A stretch of DNA of 64,000 bases from Ignavibacteriota bacterium. GTDB taxonomy: Bacteria; Bacteroidota; Ignavibacteria; Palsa-1295. Location of the stretch: the NCBI GenBank assembly GCA_963787835.1, contig CAWBEI010000002.1, positions 1,440,001-1,504,000 on the forward strand, written 5' to 3'. The notes beneath the pieces are model-generated. The model did not search any database. It had not been told where the DNA came from and saw only the letters and a list, made by a program, of their open reading frames with translations. The number at the start of each line of letters is the position of its first letter. Position 1 is the stretch's first letter. The translations under genes were made by a program, and so were the position numbers. This document shows positions 30,302 through 40,384 of this stretch, piece by piece.

Positions 30302-30750
30302 TCATTTCTTATCCCCCATGACCTGCTCCACGATCTTTTCGTAGGTCTCTTTTCTCGATTCGATATACTTTTAAAATGTGCCGGCTTCCACAGTTCGATG
30401 TGATCGAGCACACCGATAAAAAATACTTCCTTCGATATTTCCGCGAAATCGAGAAGCGATTTCGGGATCAGCAGCCGGAACTGTGAATCCAACTGGATCT
30501 CCTCGCTCCATTGCATAAGCGTTCGCGCGAAGAATCGATCTTTTTCATTAGCCGACGAGAGCGAGCGGATCGAGTCCTCCATGCGATGCCACTCATCGAG
30601 CGGGTAGGCGTACAGGCATTTTTCAATTCCGCGCGTAACGACGAACGTCCGCCGCGCTTCCGGTTCGAGATTTTTACGCATCTTCGATGGGATGCTCGCG
30701 CGCCCCTTCGCATCGACGACGTACGTGTCGCTTCCTTTGAATGATGACAT
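30302..30750 (-). CDS. mraZ: MraZ transcriptional regulator with a -1 frameshift near 30370
   Basis: DAKGR and LDSQFR motifs, IELW; adding one A restores the end KYIESRKETYEKIVEQVMGDKK* at 30302. Confidence 0.93.
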
Positions 30751-30780
30751 GATTTGAAATAAAGAGGAAAAGGCAAAATG

Positions 30781-30820
30781 CCCCACTTCCCCCCACTTTT
30801 CTACAAATAGAACTACACTT
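30781..30820 (-). promoter_or_regulatory. Putative MraZ-binding direct repeats
   Basis: Minus strand AAGTGTAG...AAGTGGGGGGAAGTGGGG, i.e. GTGG boxes about 10 nt apart upstream of mraZ. Confidence 0.65.
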
Positions 30821-30936
30821 CCATAAGAATAGGTTGCCTTTTCTCATCAAATTCTGAATTAATTTCAAAAAAAAGCGCATTCTGAAAGAAAATTAAACTT
30901 TCTAACTTTTTGATCGATAAGGTTGGGAATGTAATA

Positions 30937-30954
30937 AACTAACGATTGTTAGTT
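30937..30954. promoter_or_regulatory. Palindromic TetR/PaaR-type operator
   Basis: AACTAAC-GATT-GTTAGTT 6 nt before the TetR ATG; resembles the Thermus PaaR site CNAACNNNCGTTNG. Confidence 0.7.
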
Positions 30955-30960
30955 AACAAG

Positions 30961-31533
30961 ATGAAAGTTTTAGCGCGGAAAGATCAAATTCGAGACAAGG
31001 CACAGATGCTTTTTCGTGAGCGCGGTTACTCCGCGACCTCCATGCGCGATCTTGCCGAAGCGCTTGGCATCGAAGCTGCGAGCCTGTACAATCATATCTC
31101 CTCGAAAGAAGATATCCTTCAGGAAATATGCTTTCGCATGGCGGATGAGTTTTTCTCTGCCATCGAACCCATTGCGGCAAGTGCGCTGGACCCAAAAGAA
31201 AAATTGCGATCCGCTCTAGAGGCTCATTTGGGTGTGATCGCTTCGAATGCTGATGCCTCCGGTGTGTTTCTACATGAGTGGCGGCACATGGGCGAGTCAT
31301 TCCTCAGCGATTTTAAGCTCATGAGGCGAAGATATGAGCAAATCTTTCGTAAAATAGTGGAAGAAGGGATTGCATTAGGAATTTTTCGGAAGATCGATGC
31401 AGCTATCACAGCCAGAACGCTTCTTTCTGCAACCAACTGGACCTACGAGTCTCATAAGGCTCATCGCAAACCATCTGCGGAGGAGTTAAGCGAGATCACA
31501 TCCATTTTGATCGAAGGAATCATTACCAGATAA
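30961..31533 (+). CDS. TetR-family regulator (PaaR-like)
   Basis: [32 protein letters not shown]; first gene of the paa operon. Confidence 0.9.
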   Translation: MKVLARKDQIRDKAQMLFRERGYSATSMRDLAEALGIEAASLYNHISSKEDILQEICFRMADEFFSAIEPIAASALDPKEKLRSALEAHLGVIASNADASGVFLHEWRHMGESFLSDFKLMRRRYEQIFRKIVEEGIALGIFRKIDAAITARTLLSATNWTYESHKAHRKPSAEELSEITSILIEGIITR

Positions 31534-31535
31534 TT

Positions 31536-32525
31536 ATGTACGGAAACGCTTATATAGAACCGGATGCCAAACCGGTTGTCGTAAAGGACGAAGACCCGGA
31601 GAAATTAGCCGAATTCGAAGCCCGCATCGCACGCGGCGAAAAGATCGAGCCAGACGATTGGATGCCGGCCGAATACCGCCGCCAGGTGCTGCGCATGATC
31701 GAGCAGCACGCGCATTCCGAAATTATCGGTGCGCTGCCGGAGGGAACCTGGATCACGCGCGCGCCAACACTTCGCCGCAAACTTGCGCTCATCGCGAAAG
31801 TGCAGGATGAGGTCGGGCATGGGCATTTGCTTTATGCCGCAGCAGAAACGCTCGGCAAATCGCGCGAGGCAATGATAAACGATCTCATCAATGGGAAATC
31901 GAAGTACAGTAATATCTTCAACTACCCAGCAAAGACGTGGGCGGATATTGCCGTGATCGGATTTTTGGTCGATGCCGGTGCTATCGTCAACCAGCTTGCG
32001 AACGCAAAGGGTAGTTACGGCCCGTATTGCCGAGCGCTCGAAAGAATTTGCTATGAAGAGTCATTCCATTTAAAGCAGGGATACGATGCATTCGTTGCGC
32101 TCGCAGTTGGCACACCGATGCAGCGCGAGATGCTTCAGGATGCGCTCAACCGCTGGTGGTTCCCGCCGATGATGCACTTCTTCGGTCCGCCGGATACGAT
32201 TTCCGTTCACACCGAAAAGCTGATGCGCTGGAAAGTCAAGATGATGTCGAACGAAGACATGCGGCAGGACTTCCTCGAACAATATGTTCCCAAGATCTGG
32301 GAACTTGGAATGACGCTGCCCGACCCCGCTCTTCGAAAGGACGAAACCACCGGCAAATGGGAATACACCCAGCCCGACTGGGACGAATTCTTCCGCGTCA
32401 TCAATGGCGATGGGCCATGCAACAAAGAACGCCTCGCCGTCCGCCGCTATGCCGAAGAGAATGGCCGGTGGGTGAGAGAGGCGATGATGCGGCCAACTAT
32501 GAAACAAGTAGTACCCTATGCATAA
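31536..32525 (+). CDS. paaA: Phenylacetyl-CoA epoxidase subunit A
   Basis: [33 protein letters not shown]. Confidence 0.97.
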   Translation: MYGNAYIEPDAKPVVVKDEDPEKLAEFEARIARGEKIEPDDWMPAEYRRQVLRMIEQHAHSEIIGALPEGTWITRAPTLRRKLALIAKVQDEVGHGHLLYAAAETLGKSREAMINDLINGKSKYSNIFNYPAKTWADIAVIGFLVDAGAIVNQLANAKGSYGPYCRALERICYEESFHLKQGYDAFVALAVGTPMQREMLQDALNRWWFPPMMHFFGPPDTISVHTEKLMRWKVKMMSNEDMRQDFLEQYVPKIWELGMTLPDPALRKDETTGKWEYTQPDWDEFFRVINGDGPCNKERLAVRRYAEENGRWVREAMMRPTMKQVVPYA

Positions 32526-32529
32526 TCGT

Positions 32530-32601
32530 TGGACAAACTGGGCTGTGTGGACACTATAGACAACCGTCCATACCGTCCACACTGTCCATGGAGTCCACAA
32601 C
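32530..32601. repeat. Inverted tandem nonamer array (TGGACANNN)n/(GTCCANNNN)n
   Basis: tggacaaac tgggctgtg tggacacta tagacaacc | gtccatacc gtccacact gtccatgga gtccacaac. Confidence 0.75.
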
Positions 32602-32609
32602 ACTCAATC

Positions 32610-33026
32610 ATGACCAATAGCCTAGACCCCCGCATCCGCCGAGCCGATCTCGAAGCTTCGCCTGCTTCGAGCGGCCTGGCACAAAATGAAGAATGGGAGA
32701 CGTTCGCGATCTTCCATCAGGATAAACGCGGCTCGGCGCACGAGTTCGTGGGAATCATTCATGCACCCGATCCTGAACTTGCGCTGATATTCGCCAAAGA
32801 GCAATTTGGCCGCCGCAAAAAGACGGTTAATCTCTGGGCCGTCCGCTCGACCGATATTTTTACGTTCCAGCACGAGGACGATGATATGTTCTCTACTGTG
32901 CCAGATAAGAATTACCGCGAAGCCTCTGGCTATCCCGTGCGGAAGCGCATCAATAAATATTTAGATGAACTGAAGGAACTTGCGAACAATAAGTATCTCG
33001 ACATGATGGAGAAGGAATCAGGATAA
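32610..33026 (+). CDS. paaB: Phenylacetyl-CoA epoxidase subunit B
   Basis: HEFVGIIHAPDPELALIFAKEQFGRR...LWAV. Confidence 0.88.
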   Translation: MTNSLDPRIRRADLEASPASSGLAQNEEWETFAIFHQDKRGSAHEFVGIIHAPDPELALIFAKEQFGRRKKTVNLWAVRSTDIFTFQHEDDDMFSTVPDKNYREASGYPVRKRINKYLDELKELANNKYLDMMEKESG

Positions 33027-33033
33027 TTTAATT

Positions 33034-33125
33034 GTCATTCCCGCGAATGCGGGAATCCAAAACGTGTATGAAACAAAACTTTTGCACTCCAGCAGACGAT
33101 GGATTCCCGCTTTCGCGGGAATGAC
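33034..33125. repeat. dRS3-like hairpin doublet (GTCATTCCCGC..GCGGGAATCCA and its inverse)
   Basis: 33034-33059 and 33100-33125; core ATTCCC-N8-GGGAAT. Confidence 0.92.
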
Positions 33126-33137
33126 ATAAAGACGAGC

Positions 33138-33500
33138 ATGAGTCAACACAACTACTATGTTTACATTATGGCAAGCCAGTACAACGGTACTTTGTACATT
33201 GGCGTCACAAATGACATAGAACGTCGTGTTGCAGAGCATAAAAAGAGAGTTTTTGAGGGATTCACAAAAAAGTATGATGTTGATCGATTAGTTTATTTCG
33301 AATTCTATTCAGATATTAATTCCGCGATAATGCGAGAGAAGCAACTCAAAAAATGGAATCGACAATGGAAAATTAATCTGATCGAGATGAGAAATCCCGA
33401 ATGGATCGATCTTTCGACGATAAATTACCAAACACCTTTTGTGGATCCTCCACTATTGGATTCCCGCATTCGCGGGAATGACATACCAAAGACATTATGA
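33138..33500 (+). CDS. Small GIY-YIG nuclease (Ssn-like)
   Basis: YYVYIMAS...TLYIGVTNDIERRVAEH...FTKKY...REKQLKKWNRQWKINLIE..NPEW. Confidence 0.92.
   Translation: MSQHNYYVYIMASQYNGTLYIGVTNDIERRVAEHKKRVFEGFTKKYDVDRLVYFEFYSDINSAIMREKQLKKWNRQWKINLIEMRNPEWIDLSTINYQTPFVDPPLLDSRIRGNDIPKTL
33457..33482. repeat. dRS3-like hairpin inside the GIY-YIG 3' end
   Basis: TGGATTCCCGCATTCGCGGGAATGAC. Confidence 0.9.
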
Positions 33501-34252
33501 GTGAAGCAATAAAAGACCTATTATATCGTATCGCCGACGACGAACTCATCATCGGCCACCGCAACAGCGAATGGACGGGCCTCGGCCCCATTCTCGAAGA
33601 AGATATTGCATTTTCGTCTATTGCGCAGGACCAGATCGGCCACGCGCTTGCGAACTATGCGCTGCTTAATACGGAGTTCGGCGAACCGATACCCGATGTT
33701 ATTGCATTTGGTCGCAACGAAAAGGAATTTCATTCCTGCCAATTTGTCGAACTACCCATTGGTGATTACGCATTCAGCCTGATGAGGCATTTCCTGTTCG
33801 ATCATGCGGAGAGCTTGCGATATTCGATCCTAACGCAATCGTCGTTCGCTCCTATCGCGGCGTTGGCAAGGAAGATCCGAGGCGAACTGAAATACCACGT
33901 ACTCCACGCCGATCTGTGGGTACAAAAGCTTGGCAAAGGCACGGAAGAAAGCCACGCCCGCATGCAAACGGCATTGAATGAGGCTTTCCCATTCGCGCTT
34001 GGAATGTTCGAGCCATCCCAATATGACCAGGAACTTGAAGCGGAGAACATTTTTATTGGAGAGACCGCGTTGCAGACCCATTGGCTCGAAGCGATCACGC
34101 CCATAATCGAACGCGCCGAACTGCAACTTCCTAAACTCCCGATCACGGAGAGAATGTACGGCGGACGCCGCGGATATCACACAAAGTATTTGCAACCGCT
34201 TATTGATGAGATGACGGAAGTGTATCGGTTAGATCCGGCGACAACATGGTAG
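33497..34252 (+). CDS. paaC: Phenylacetyl-CoA epoxidase subunit C
   Basis: ADDELIIGHRNSEW.G.GPILEEDIA, ELPIGDYA, GRRGYH, DPATTW. Confidence 0.96.
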   Translation: MSEAIKDLLYRIADDELIIGHRNSEWTGLGPILEEDIAFSSIAQDQIGHALANYALLNTEFGEPIPDVIAFGRNEKEFHSCQFVELPIGDYAFSLMRHFLFDHAESLRYSILTQSSFAPIAALARKIRGELKYHVLHADLWVQKLGKGTEESHARMQTALNEAFPFALGMFEPSQYDQELEAENIFIGETALQTHWLEAITPIIERAELQLPKLPITERMYGGRRGYHTKYLQPLIDEMTEVYRLDPATTW

Positions 34253-34866
34253 ATCATATTTCCGATATTGTCATTGCGAGGAGGAAATTGCGCAGCGAAG
34301 CGGAGCAATTTTCGACGAAGCAATCCCTTGGCTTGCCCCAGAATTCCAACGGATTGCTTCGTCACCCCTCCGGGGTTCCTCGCAATGACGACGTGGAAAG
34401 CAGAGTATTGGAAATACTCGCGACAGTGATGGATCCCGAGATCCCCACGCTCAGCGTGATCGATCTTGGCATGATCACGGACGTGCAAATGACCGACGAT
34501 GGCGTGATGGTGCGGTTGCTACCCACATTTGTTGCATGTCCGGCGACAACCTACATTCGATCGAATATTACGGATGCACTAAAGAAATCCGGCTTTGCTA
34601 ATCCCAAAGTAGAAATGGAAACGGAACTTTCATGGTCCAGCGACCGCATTACTCCGCAAGGCCGCAAGCGTTTGGAAGAGTTTGGTTTAGGTGCTCCCAT
34701 TCAAATAGATGGCGTTCTCGATCTTAATGTGATCGAGCACGTAGCATGCCCGCACTGTGGCAGCAAAAACACGGAGATGCGTTCAATGTTCGGCAGCACG
34801 CTCTGCCGCTCGATCCATTTTTGTTTGGATTGCAAGCAGGGGTTCGAGCGGTTCAAGCCGCTGTAA
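34246..34866 (+). CDS. paaD: Phenylacetyl-CoA epoxidase subunit D with an in-frame 40-aa repeat insert
   Basis: VMDPEIP.LSVIDLGM, PTFVACPA, CPHCGS, FGSTLCRS, C..C..FERFK. Confidence 0.95.
   Translation: MVDHISDIVIARRKLRSEAEQFSTKQSLGLPQNSNGLLRHPSGVPRNDDVESRVLEILATVMDPEIPTLSVIDLGMITDVQMTDDGVMVRLLPTFVACPATTYIRSNITDALKKSGFANPKVEMETELSWSSDRITPQGRKRLEEFGLGAPIQIDGVLDLNVIEHVACPHCGSKNTEMRSMFGSTLCRSIHFCLDCKQGFERFKPL
34270..34389. repeat. GTCATTGCGAG...CTCGCAATGAC palindromic element inside paaD
   Basis: Terminal IR GTCATTGCGAGG/CCTCGCAATGAC; inner IR GACGAAGCAATCC/GGATTGCTTCGTC; 120 nt. Confidence 0.9.
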
Positions 34867-35449
34867 CTAAAATGCGTAGCCCAGGCTGACACCGCCATAC
34901 GGTTGGAAATGCCCGTTCAAAATGAACGGCGCAAACGCCAAACGCAGGAGAAATCCTCCATCCAGTGGTTCCAAACGATACCCAATGATTCCCACATATC
35001 CGAGGTAGGTTCCACCGGTGGTGGAACCTACTTTGGTGTTTCCCAACGAGGCATGGACTACGCCGGCCCCGATCTCCAATTTACTGCTGGTAGCACCGAA
35101 CGGAAACACGCTGACGGTGATCGGTATCGTGGTGAGCGATACGTTGCCATCTGGTAAATAACCGATACCGATCCGAGCTCCGAGATAGTCGGTAAGCATC
35201 CGGTCATAATTGATAGAATAGATCAGTCCGGAGCCGAGGATTTCCAGATACAGGGCATTCGGTGCGGTAATACTAGCGTATTGTCCTGCATCGGCCGGTT
35301 GCGGAGCAGGGGAATGATCGTTCGATGCCAGAATGGAAGTCCCAATAACCGGGCAGCGTGCCGGGCGCGGAATTGAATTGTGCCTTAGAGTTCAACGGAC
35401 TGAAGAACGCCAGTGCAAATACAACGACAGAAATAGAAGTAGCTTTCAT
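34867..35449 (-). CDS. Putative outer-membrane beta-barrel protein with a +1 frameshift near 35352
   Basis: Signal peptide from ATG 35449; the shifted frame continues NALYLEILGSG...GYRLEP..GGFLLR...YAF; paralog of the next gene. Confidence 0.7.
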
Positions 35450-35547
35450 AGTGATAACAATCTGTATGAATTCGGATCCTGAATCGAACCCTGTTTACAA
35501 AAATAATACAAAAATCGAACGAGGTCGATCAATCTGTCAGGATCCGT

Positions 35548-36132
35548 TCAAAACCCCCACCCGAAGCTTATTCCGCCATACGGCTGGAAGTTTCCGCCAA
35601 GTAGAATGGGCGTGAACGCGATGCGGAACAGGAAGCCGCCCTCGACCGGCTCGTACCGATAGCCGATGATGGCCGAGTAGCCAATGCCATTAAATTCTTT
35701 GAATGGGCCGAGGTTTCTGCTGAGGTCCGCATATCCGAGTCCGATGCCGATCTCCAGCCGGTCGCTGGATGCAGAATCGCTGGCGCTGAATGGGAACCAA
35801 CTAAGCGTGAGCGGGGCGGACGTGATGGAGGCATGCACCACCGTTCCGTTCGACTTCGTTCCCGAAAGTGGCAAATAGCCAAATCCAAGACGCACGGCAA
35901 GGGTTCGGACAACCATCCGCTCGTAGTCGAATGTCCCTCCGATCGAAGAACCGCCAGCTTCTGCATAGATGCTGTTTCGCGCAGGGCCGGAAGGCAGGGT
36001 GTCCGTCAGTGCATCTCCCGGCGGGTTCGCTTGTGTCCGATCTGCGGCGAGCGATTGTGCATGGCCTCTTACCGGAATAATAAAAAGTCCGAAGAGTACA
36101 ATAAGAAAGAGACAAGCACGTTTCACATTCAT
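35548..36132 (-). CDS. Putative outer-membrane beta-barrel protein
   Basis: Signal peptide, NSIYAEAGG, GYRYEP..GGFLFR, terminal aromatic GWGF. Confidence 0.75.
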   Translation of the reverse strand: MNVKRACLFLIVLFGLFIIPVRGHAQSLAADRTQANPPGDALTDTLPSGPARNSIYAEAGGSSIGGTFDYERMVVRTLAVRLGFGYLPLSGTKSNGTVVHASITSAPLTLSWFPFSASDSASSDRLEIGIGLGYADLSRNLGPFKEFNGIGYSAIIGYRYEPVEGGFLFRIAFTPILLGGNFQPYGGISFGWGF

Positions 36133-36324
36133 GATAATATCTTCCGTTAGGAACTGGTGAACCAATAGACGATCAAAAGGCACCATAATACCACGAACGT
36201 AACGATCCCTATCCACGCCGCAACAAAATTCCGCTGCTGCGCGGGAGTGGCGTCATCCTTGATCGTCGTGACGCCGATCGCGATGTTAATACCTCGAAAA
36301 AAACGCGCAAGGGGGCTGAGCATG

Positions 36325-36885
36325 TTATTTTACTGGTGAAGGATCGATCGTGGATATCCGGAAGCCTACGGAGCGCTTTTCGGGAACAACGAACGATGGC
36401 GTCATCAATTTTTCCAATTCCATAAAGAGTTCGCCGATGGTGTTATCCATTCCATCCATTCGTTGTGCCAATGCTGCTTCGACTTCTTTACGTTTCTTCA
36501 TCCATTGAGCAGATCCAGAGGCGACTTCTCGCATTTTTACGAACGCTCTTACAATGAAGATGCTCATCGCAACGGCTTCCTCACTATTCAAGATCGTGGC
36601 AGCCATAATTGCACCGTGCTCTGTGAAAGCCACGGGCATAGTTCTTCTTCCTCCATGTAAACTTGATGTTGCATTTTGCATCTTCAAGTTTGTAACTTCT
36701 TTCTTTGTAAGGACATACGCAAAGTCTGACGGAAATTTTTTGATATTTCGCCGATATTGTTGCAGGAGCCGCTGGTTTGTTACACCATACAGTAAGGCCA
36801 GATCATTATCCACAATAATGCGCTCTCCACGAAGCTCATGGATCATGCTTTCGATCGGAATTCTTGGGGTGATCTGCTTAGGCAT
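36325..36885 (-). CDS. ORF6N (KilA-N-like) domain DNA-binding protein
   Basis: LRGERIIVDNDLALLYGV...RNIKKFPSDF...HGGRR..PVAFTEHGAIM. Confidence 0.9.
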   Translation of the reverse strand: MPKQITPRIPIESMIHELRGERIIVDNDLALLYGVTNQRLLQQYRRNIKKFPSDFAYVLTKKEVTNLKMQNATSSLHGGRRTMPVAFTEHGAIMAATILNSEEAVAMSIFIVRAFVKMREVASGSAQWMKKRKEVEAALAQRMDGMDNTIGELFMELEKLMTPSFVVPEKRSVGFRISTIDPSPVK

Positions 36886-36892
36886 TCTATAA

Positions 36893-38056
36893 TTATGCCG
36901 CCAGCGCTTGCGTCACCTTCTTTGCCGCGTCCGTCATCCCTTTGGCGACGAGGAAATTCAGGCCGCTGTTTTGCAGGATGACGCCTGCTTCTTCGGCATT
37001 GGTTCCCTCTAAGCGCACGACGATCGGAACTTGCGGATGTACTAAATGCGAGGCTTCGACCACCCCTGTTGCAACGCGGTCGCAGCGGACGATTCCGCCG
37101 AAGATATTTATCAGAATGGCTTTCACATTTGGATCGCTCAGGATAATACGGAAACCTTCGGCAACGGTATCTTTATTCGCGCCACCACCGACATCGAGGA
37201 AATTCGCCGGTTCACCGCCTGCAAGCTTGATGATGTCCATGGTCGCCATCGCAAGTCCCGCGCCATTGACCATACAGCCGACATTGCCATCAAGCTTAAT
37301 ATAATTCAAATTTGATTTCGAGGCTTCGACCTCTAATGGATCTTCCTCTGCAATATCGCGCAAAGCCGCGTATTCAGGATGTCGGTACATTGCGTTGTCA
37401 TCGAAATTCACTTTTGCATCGAGCGCGATCATCTTCGCATCGCGGGTGAGCACGAGGGGATTTATCTCGAAGAGCGAGGCATCGGTATCTTCATAAGCGC
37501 GGTACAAGGCTTTCAAAAATGCCACGCATTGCTTGAATGCCTCGCCGGAAAGCCCAAGTGCGAACGCAAGTTCTCGCGCCTCGAAATCACGGAAGCCAAT
37601 GGCCGGATCGACAAAAACTTTCACGATCTTCTCCGGTGATTCTTCGGCCACTTTTTCGATCTCCATACCGCCTTCCGTCGAAACCATCACGACATTTTTT
37701 GCGGATGCACGGTCGAGCACGATACCGGCATAATATTCCTTCAGAATATCGACTCCCTGCTCGATAAGCAAACGAGAAACCTTTCGTCCTTCGGGGCCCG
37801 TCTGGTGGGTGACGAGTGTCATGCCAAGCATGAATTGCGCAAGTTTCCCGACATCCTCCGGCGAGCGAGCGATCTTCACACCGCCGCCTTTGCCGCGGCC
37901 GCCGGCATGGATCTGCGCCTTTACGACGGCTATCTCCGTCGGCAGCTTCCGCGCTGCTTCTACCGCATCATTGACCGTATATGCGACGTACCCGATCGGC
38001 ACCGGCACGCCATATTTCTTCAGAATTTCTTTCGCTTGATATTCGTGGATTTTCAT
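36893..38056 (-). CDS. sucC: Succinyl-CoA ligase beta subunit (no adjacent sucD)
   Basis: [45 protein letters not shown]. Confidence 0.98.
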   Translation of the reverse strand: MKIHEYQAKEILKKYGVPVPIGYVAYTVNDAVEAARKLPTEIAVVKAQIHAGGRGKGGGVKIARSPEDVGKLAQFMLGMTLVTHQTGPEGRKVSRLLIEQGVDILKEYYAGIVLDRASAKNVVMVSTEGGMEIEKVAEESPEKIVKVFVDPAIGFRDFEARELAFALGLSGEAFKQCVAFLKALYRAYEDTDASLFEINPLVLTRDAKMIALDAKVNFDDNAMYRHPEYAALRDIAEEDPLEVEASKSNLNYIKLDGNVGCMVNGAGLAMATMDIIKLAGGEPANFLDVGGGANKDTVAEGFRIILSDPNVKAILINIFGGIVRCDRVATGVVEASHLVHPQVPIVVRLEGTNAEEAGVILQNSGLNFLVAKGMTDAAKKVTQALAA

Positions 38057-38163
38057 AGAGAGTAATTAATTTGATGCAAAAATACGAAGACTTTCCGCCC
38101 GACCCAGAACTGATGGAAAATATCTGTGGTTCTAATGACAAGATTCGAGAGGCAATTTGAATT

Positions 38164-39066
38164 ATGAAGCTTACCGTCATAGCGCCTCGGTGTGTCAGAT
38201 TTTCGCGCTTGTGTTGCGTGACAGTTATTCTGTGGATTGCAGTGTTTCTGAATGATAATGCGTTCGCGCAGAAGAGCCCACTTACACTTCCATTTCGCAT
38301 TAACGTTAGTATTTCAGGCAGCTACTCTGAGTTTAACGAGTATGATACATCCACACGTCCGATTTATGACATGATCGGCTCCAAAGTTGTCCAAGCTTTT
38401 GTGATCGATTCGACTGCAATGGGATCGAGCATCGTTATTGCTGGGGACTCTCTCGTCTACTTCGATACAACTAATACGTCTGATCCTCTCGGCTGGTATA
38501 GTTCTCGCGCAATCTTTCATTTTGATACGGTGCGTAAGATTATCACCTCAATGTCCCTTGCACTCAATGAGTATTATGTGAACTTGTATGATCTCAATAC
38601 CACGCTCTATTATTCCTGGGGACTATCGTGTTTGAATGTTCCGTATGAGAATGACTCAATTCCCACTCTCGATTCAATTCCATCATCAGATGTTCTTCGG
38701 GTGTATTATGACTCTTCTGGGATCATTCGCCCGGATATTCCACCATTGGGTCGCTGGGATTCTGCATCGAGCAAGCTTGTTTCGGGTCAGGTTCGTTTGT
38801 CAGGTTCGAATATTCCAGCTTTAAGTGTGAATGAATATTCTCCGTCCATTGGATTTAACGCAGTGTCAGAGAATGGCCTACTCAAATGCACATTTGCTCC
38901 TTCGAACCACGCGCGAATCCTTGAAATGTATTCAACGATCGGCGCTGAGATACAAAGAATCTCAATCCCTCCAAGTGAAAACTTTATTGTTGTTCCTAAT
39001 CTAACTGCTGGTCTTTATTTTCTCCGTTTAGAGAATAATTTTTTGCGGGTCTATACTCCGAACTAA
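38164..39066 (+). CDS. Secreted protein with a T9SS type-A-like C-terminal domain
   Basis: Signal peptide; C-terminal MYSTIG...NLTAGLYFLRL. Confidence 0.65.
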   Translation: MKLTVIAPRCVRFSRLCCVTVILWIAVFLNDNAFAQKSPLTLPFRINVSISGSYSEFNEYDTSTRPIYDMIGSKVVQAFVIDSTAMGSSIVIAGDSLVYFDTTNTSDPLGWYSSRAIFHFDTVRKIITSMSLALNEYYVNLYDLNTTLYYSWGLSCLNVPYENDSIPTLDSIPSSDVLRVYYDSSGIIRPDIPPLGRWDSASSKLVSGQVRLSGSNIPALSVNEYSPSIGFNAVSENGLLKCTFAPSNHARILEMYSTIGAEIQRISIPPSENFIVVPNLTAGLYFLRLENNFLRVYTPN

Positions 39067-39087
39067 CGTGTCGTGCGTCCAGGGTTC

Positions 39088-39576
39088 TTAAAAGAAATAA
39101 TCCGCCCCAAGGCGAAAGACGAACCAGCCGATGTTCGATGATGGGGTGAAAAAGGCATTGAGAATATCGACATCGCCGTGAACGTTGATCTGGCGATTGA
39201 TGCAAAAAGCTGCTCCGCCGCCCAGGAAGAGCCCGATCTGTGTACTGCCGGGCTGCGAGTATAGTTGGATCCCCCCTTGTGCGAACGGACTTACGAACCA
39301 TTGATAGAGATAGCGCACAAATGGAGCGATCAAAAACGAGCCAACCGATGTGGAAAATGAGGCGGAAAGTTCGGAGCCGATCTGAAGGTTCGAGCTGGAA
39401 TCGAGTGCGTAGGTGACTTCGAATCCGCTTGGAAGGAAATTTGTGACGCCATAAATACCAACCCCAAACTGCTCGGCTGGAGGGTCGTTCTTTTGTGCAT
39501 GAGCCGAGGAAACGGCGATAGCCATCAGCGCTGCCAAAGTTCCGAACTTACGAAGATAATGAATAAATGCGGTCAT
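39088..39576 (-). CDS. Small outer-membrane beta-barrel protein
   Basis: Signal peptide AHA-QKNDPP, alternating beta strands, terminal YFF; paralog of the next gene. Confidence 0.7.
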   Translation of the reverse strand: MTAFIHYLRKFGTLAALMAIAVSSAHAQKNDPPAEQFGVGIYGVTNFLPSGFEVTYALDSSSNLQIGSELSASFSTSVGSFLIAPFVRYLYQWFVSPFAQGGIQLYSQPGSTQIGLFLGGGAAFCINRQINVHGDVDILNAFFTPSSNIGWFVFRLGADYFF

Positions 39577-39634
39577 GAAAAATTCCTCTGATCATACTTA
39601 TGATAGCACCAAAAGCATGGTTATTCGAGTTTGT

Positions 39635-40132
39635 CTAAAAGAACCAATCGGCGTCGGCAGGGATAAAGCTCCAGCCAAATGTCGTCGAGGATGGGCTGAA
39701 ATAGACATTCAGAATATCCACTCCGGCGTGTAAAGCGATCTCATGGTTAATGTTGTAGGCTACACCGGCGCCTAAAAATACGCCGGTGTTTGAAGTGCTT
39801 CCAGTCGAGAGCACTTGCAGGCCGCCCTGGATGAACGGGCTCACGGTCGTCGGGATGAGATATCGAGCAAATGGGCCGAACAAGATGGTCGTTACGCTCG
39901 CCCCGCCGCTGCTGGTAACAGAAAGCGATAGTTCCGATCCCACCTGAATATTCTGATTAATGGCATAGACGGCTTCAAGCCCACTCGGAGTAGAGGAGCG
40001 TATGGAATAAACGCCCACCCCGAATTGCCCCGATGGCGGATCGTTCTTTTGCGCGTGTACTGGCGAAATAGTAAAAACCGTCAAGGATAAAAATGCAACA
40101 CAGAAGCCAAGATTCTTAGGAAATGTGATCAT
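39635..40132 (-). CDS. Small outer-membrane beta-barrel protein
   Basis: VHA-QKNDPP, QFGVGVY, terminal WFF. Confidence 0.7.
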   Translation of the reverse strand: MITFPKNLGFCVAFLSLTVFTISPVHAQKNDPPSGQFGVGVYSIRSSTPSGLEAVYAINQNIQVGSELSLSVTSSGGASVTTILFGPFARYLIPTTVSPFIQGGLQVLSTGSTSNTGVFLGAGVAYNINHEIALHAGVDILNVYFSPSSTTFGWSFIPADADWFF

Positions 40133-40384
40133 AGCGAAGCATGAATGATAAAAATGAAGGAAAACAATACTTTGAAGTAAACACCGTTTGAAATAAACAT
40201 ATAATCATCAACAGAGCATTCCTAAAATACAACGATTGCCCAAATCCCCAAAAAATCTCAAGAATCTCGGTCCGGGTTTTAGAGTATCGAACGATATAAT
40301 GATTATAATTCAACACCCTGGTGTTTTTGGGATGCAAATTCTTTCACCGGGGTGATCATTTAACAACTAATCAGGTACATTACA

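Noticed and set aside
36325-36885. Prophage, suggested by the ORF6N gene
   Set aside because: The gene is solitary, with no phage structural, replication or integrase genes nearby.
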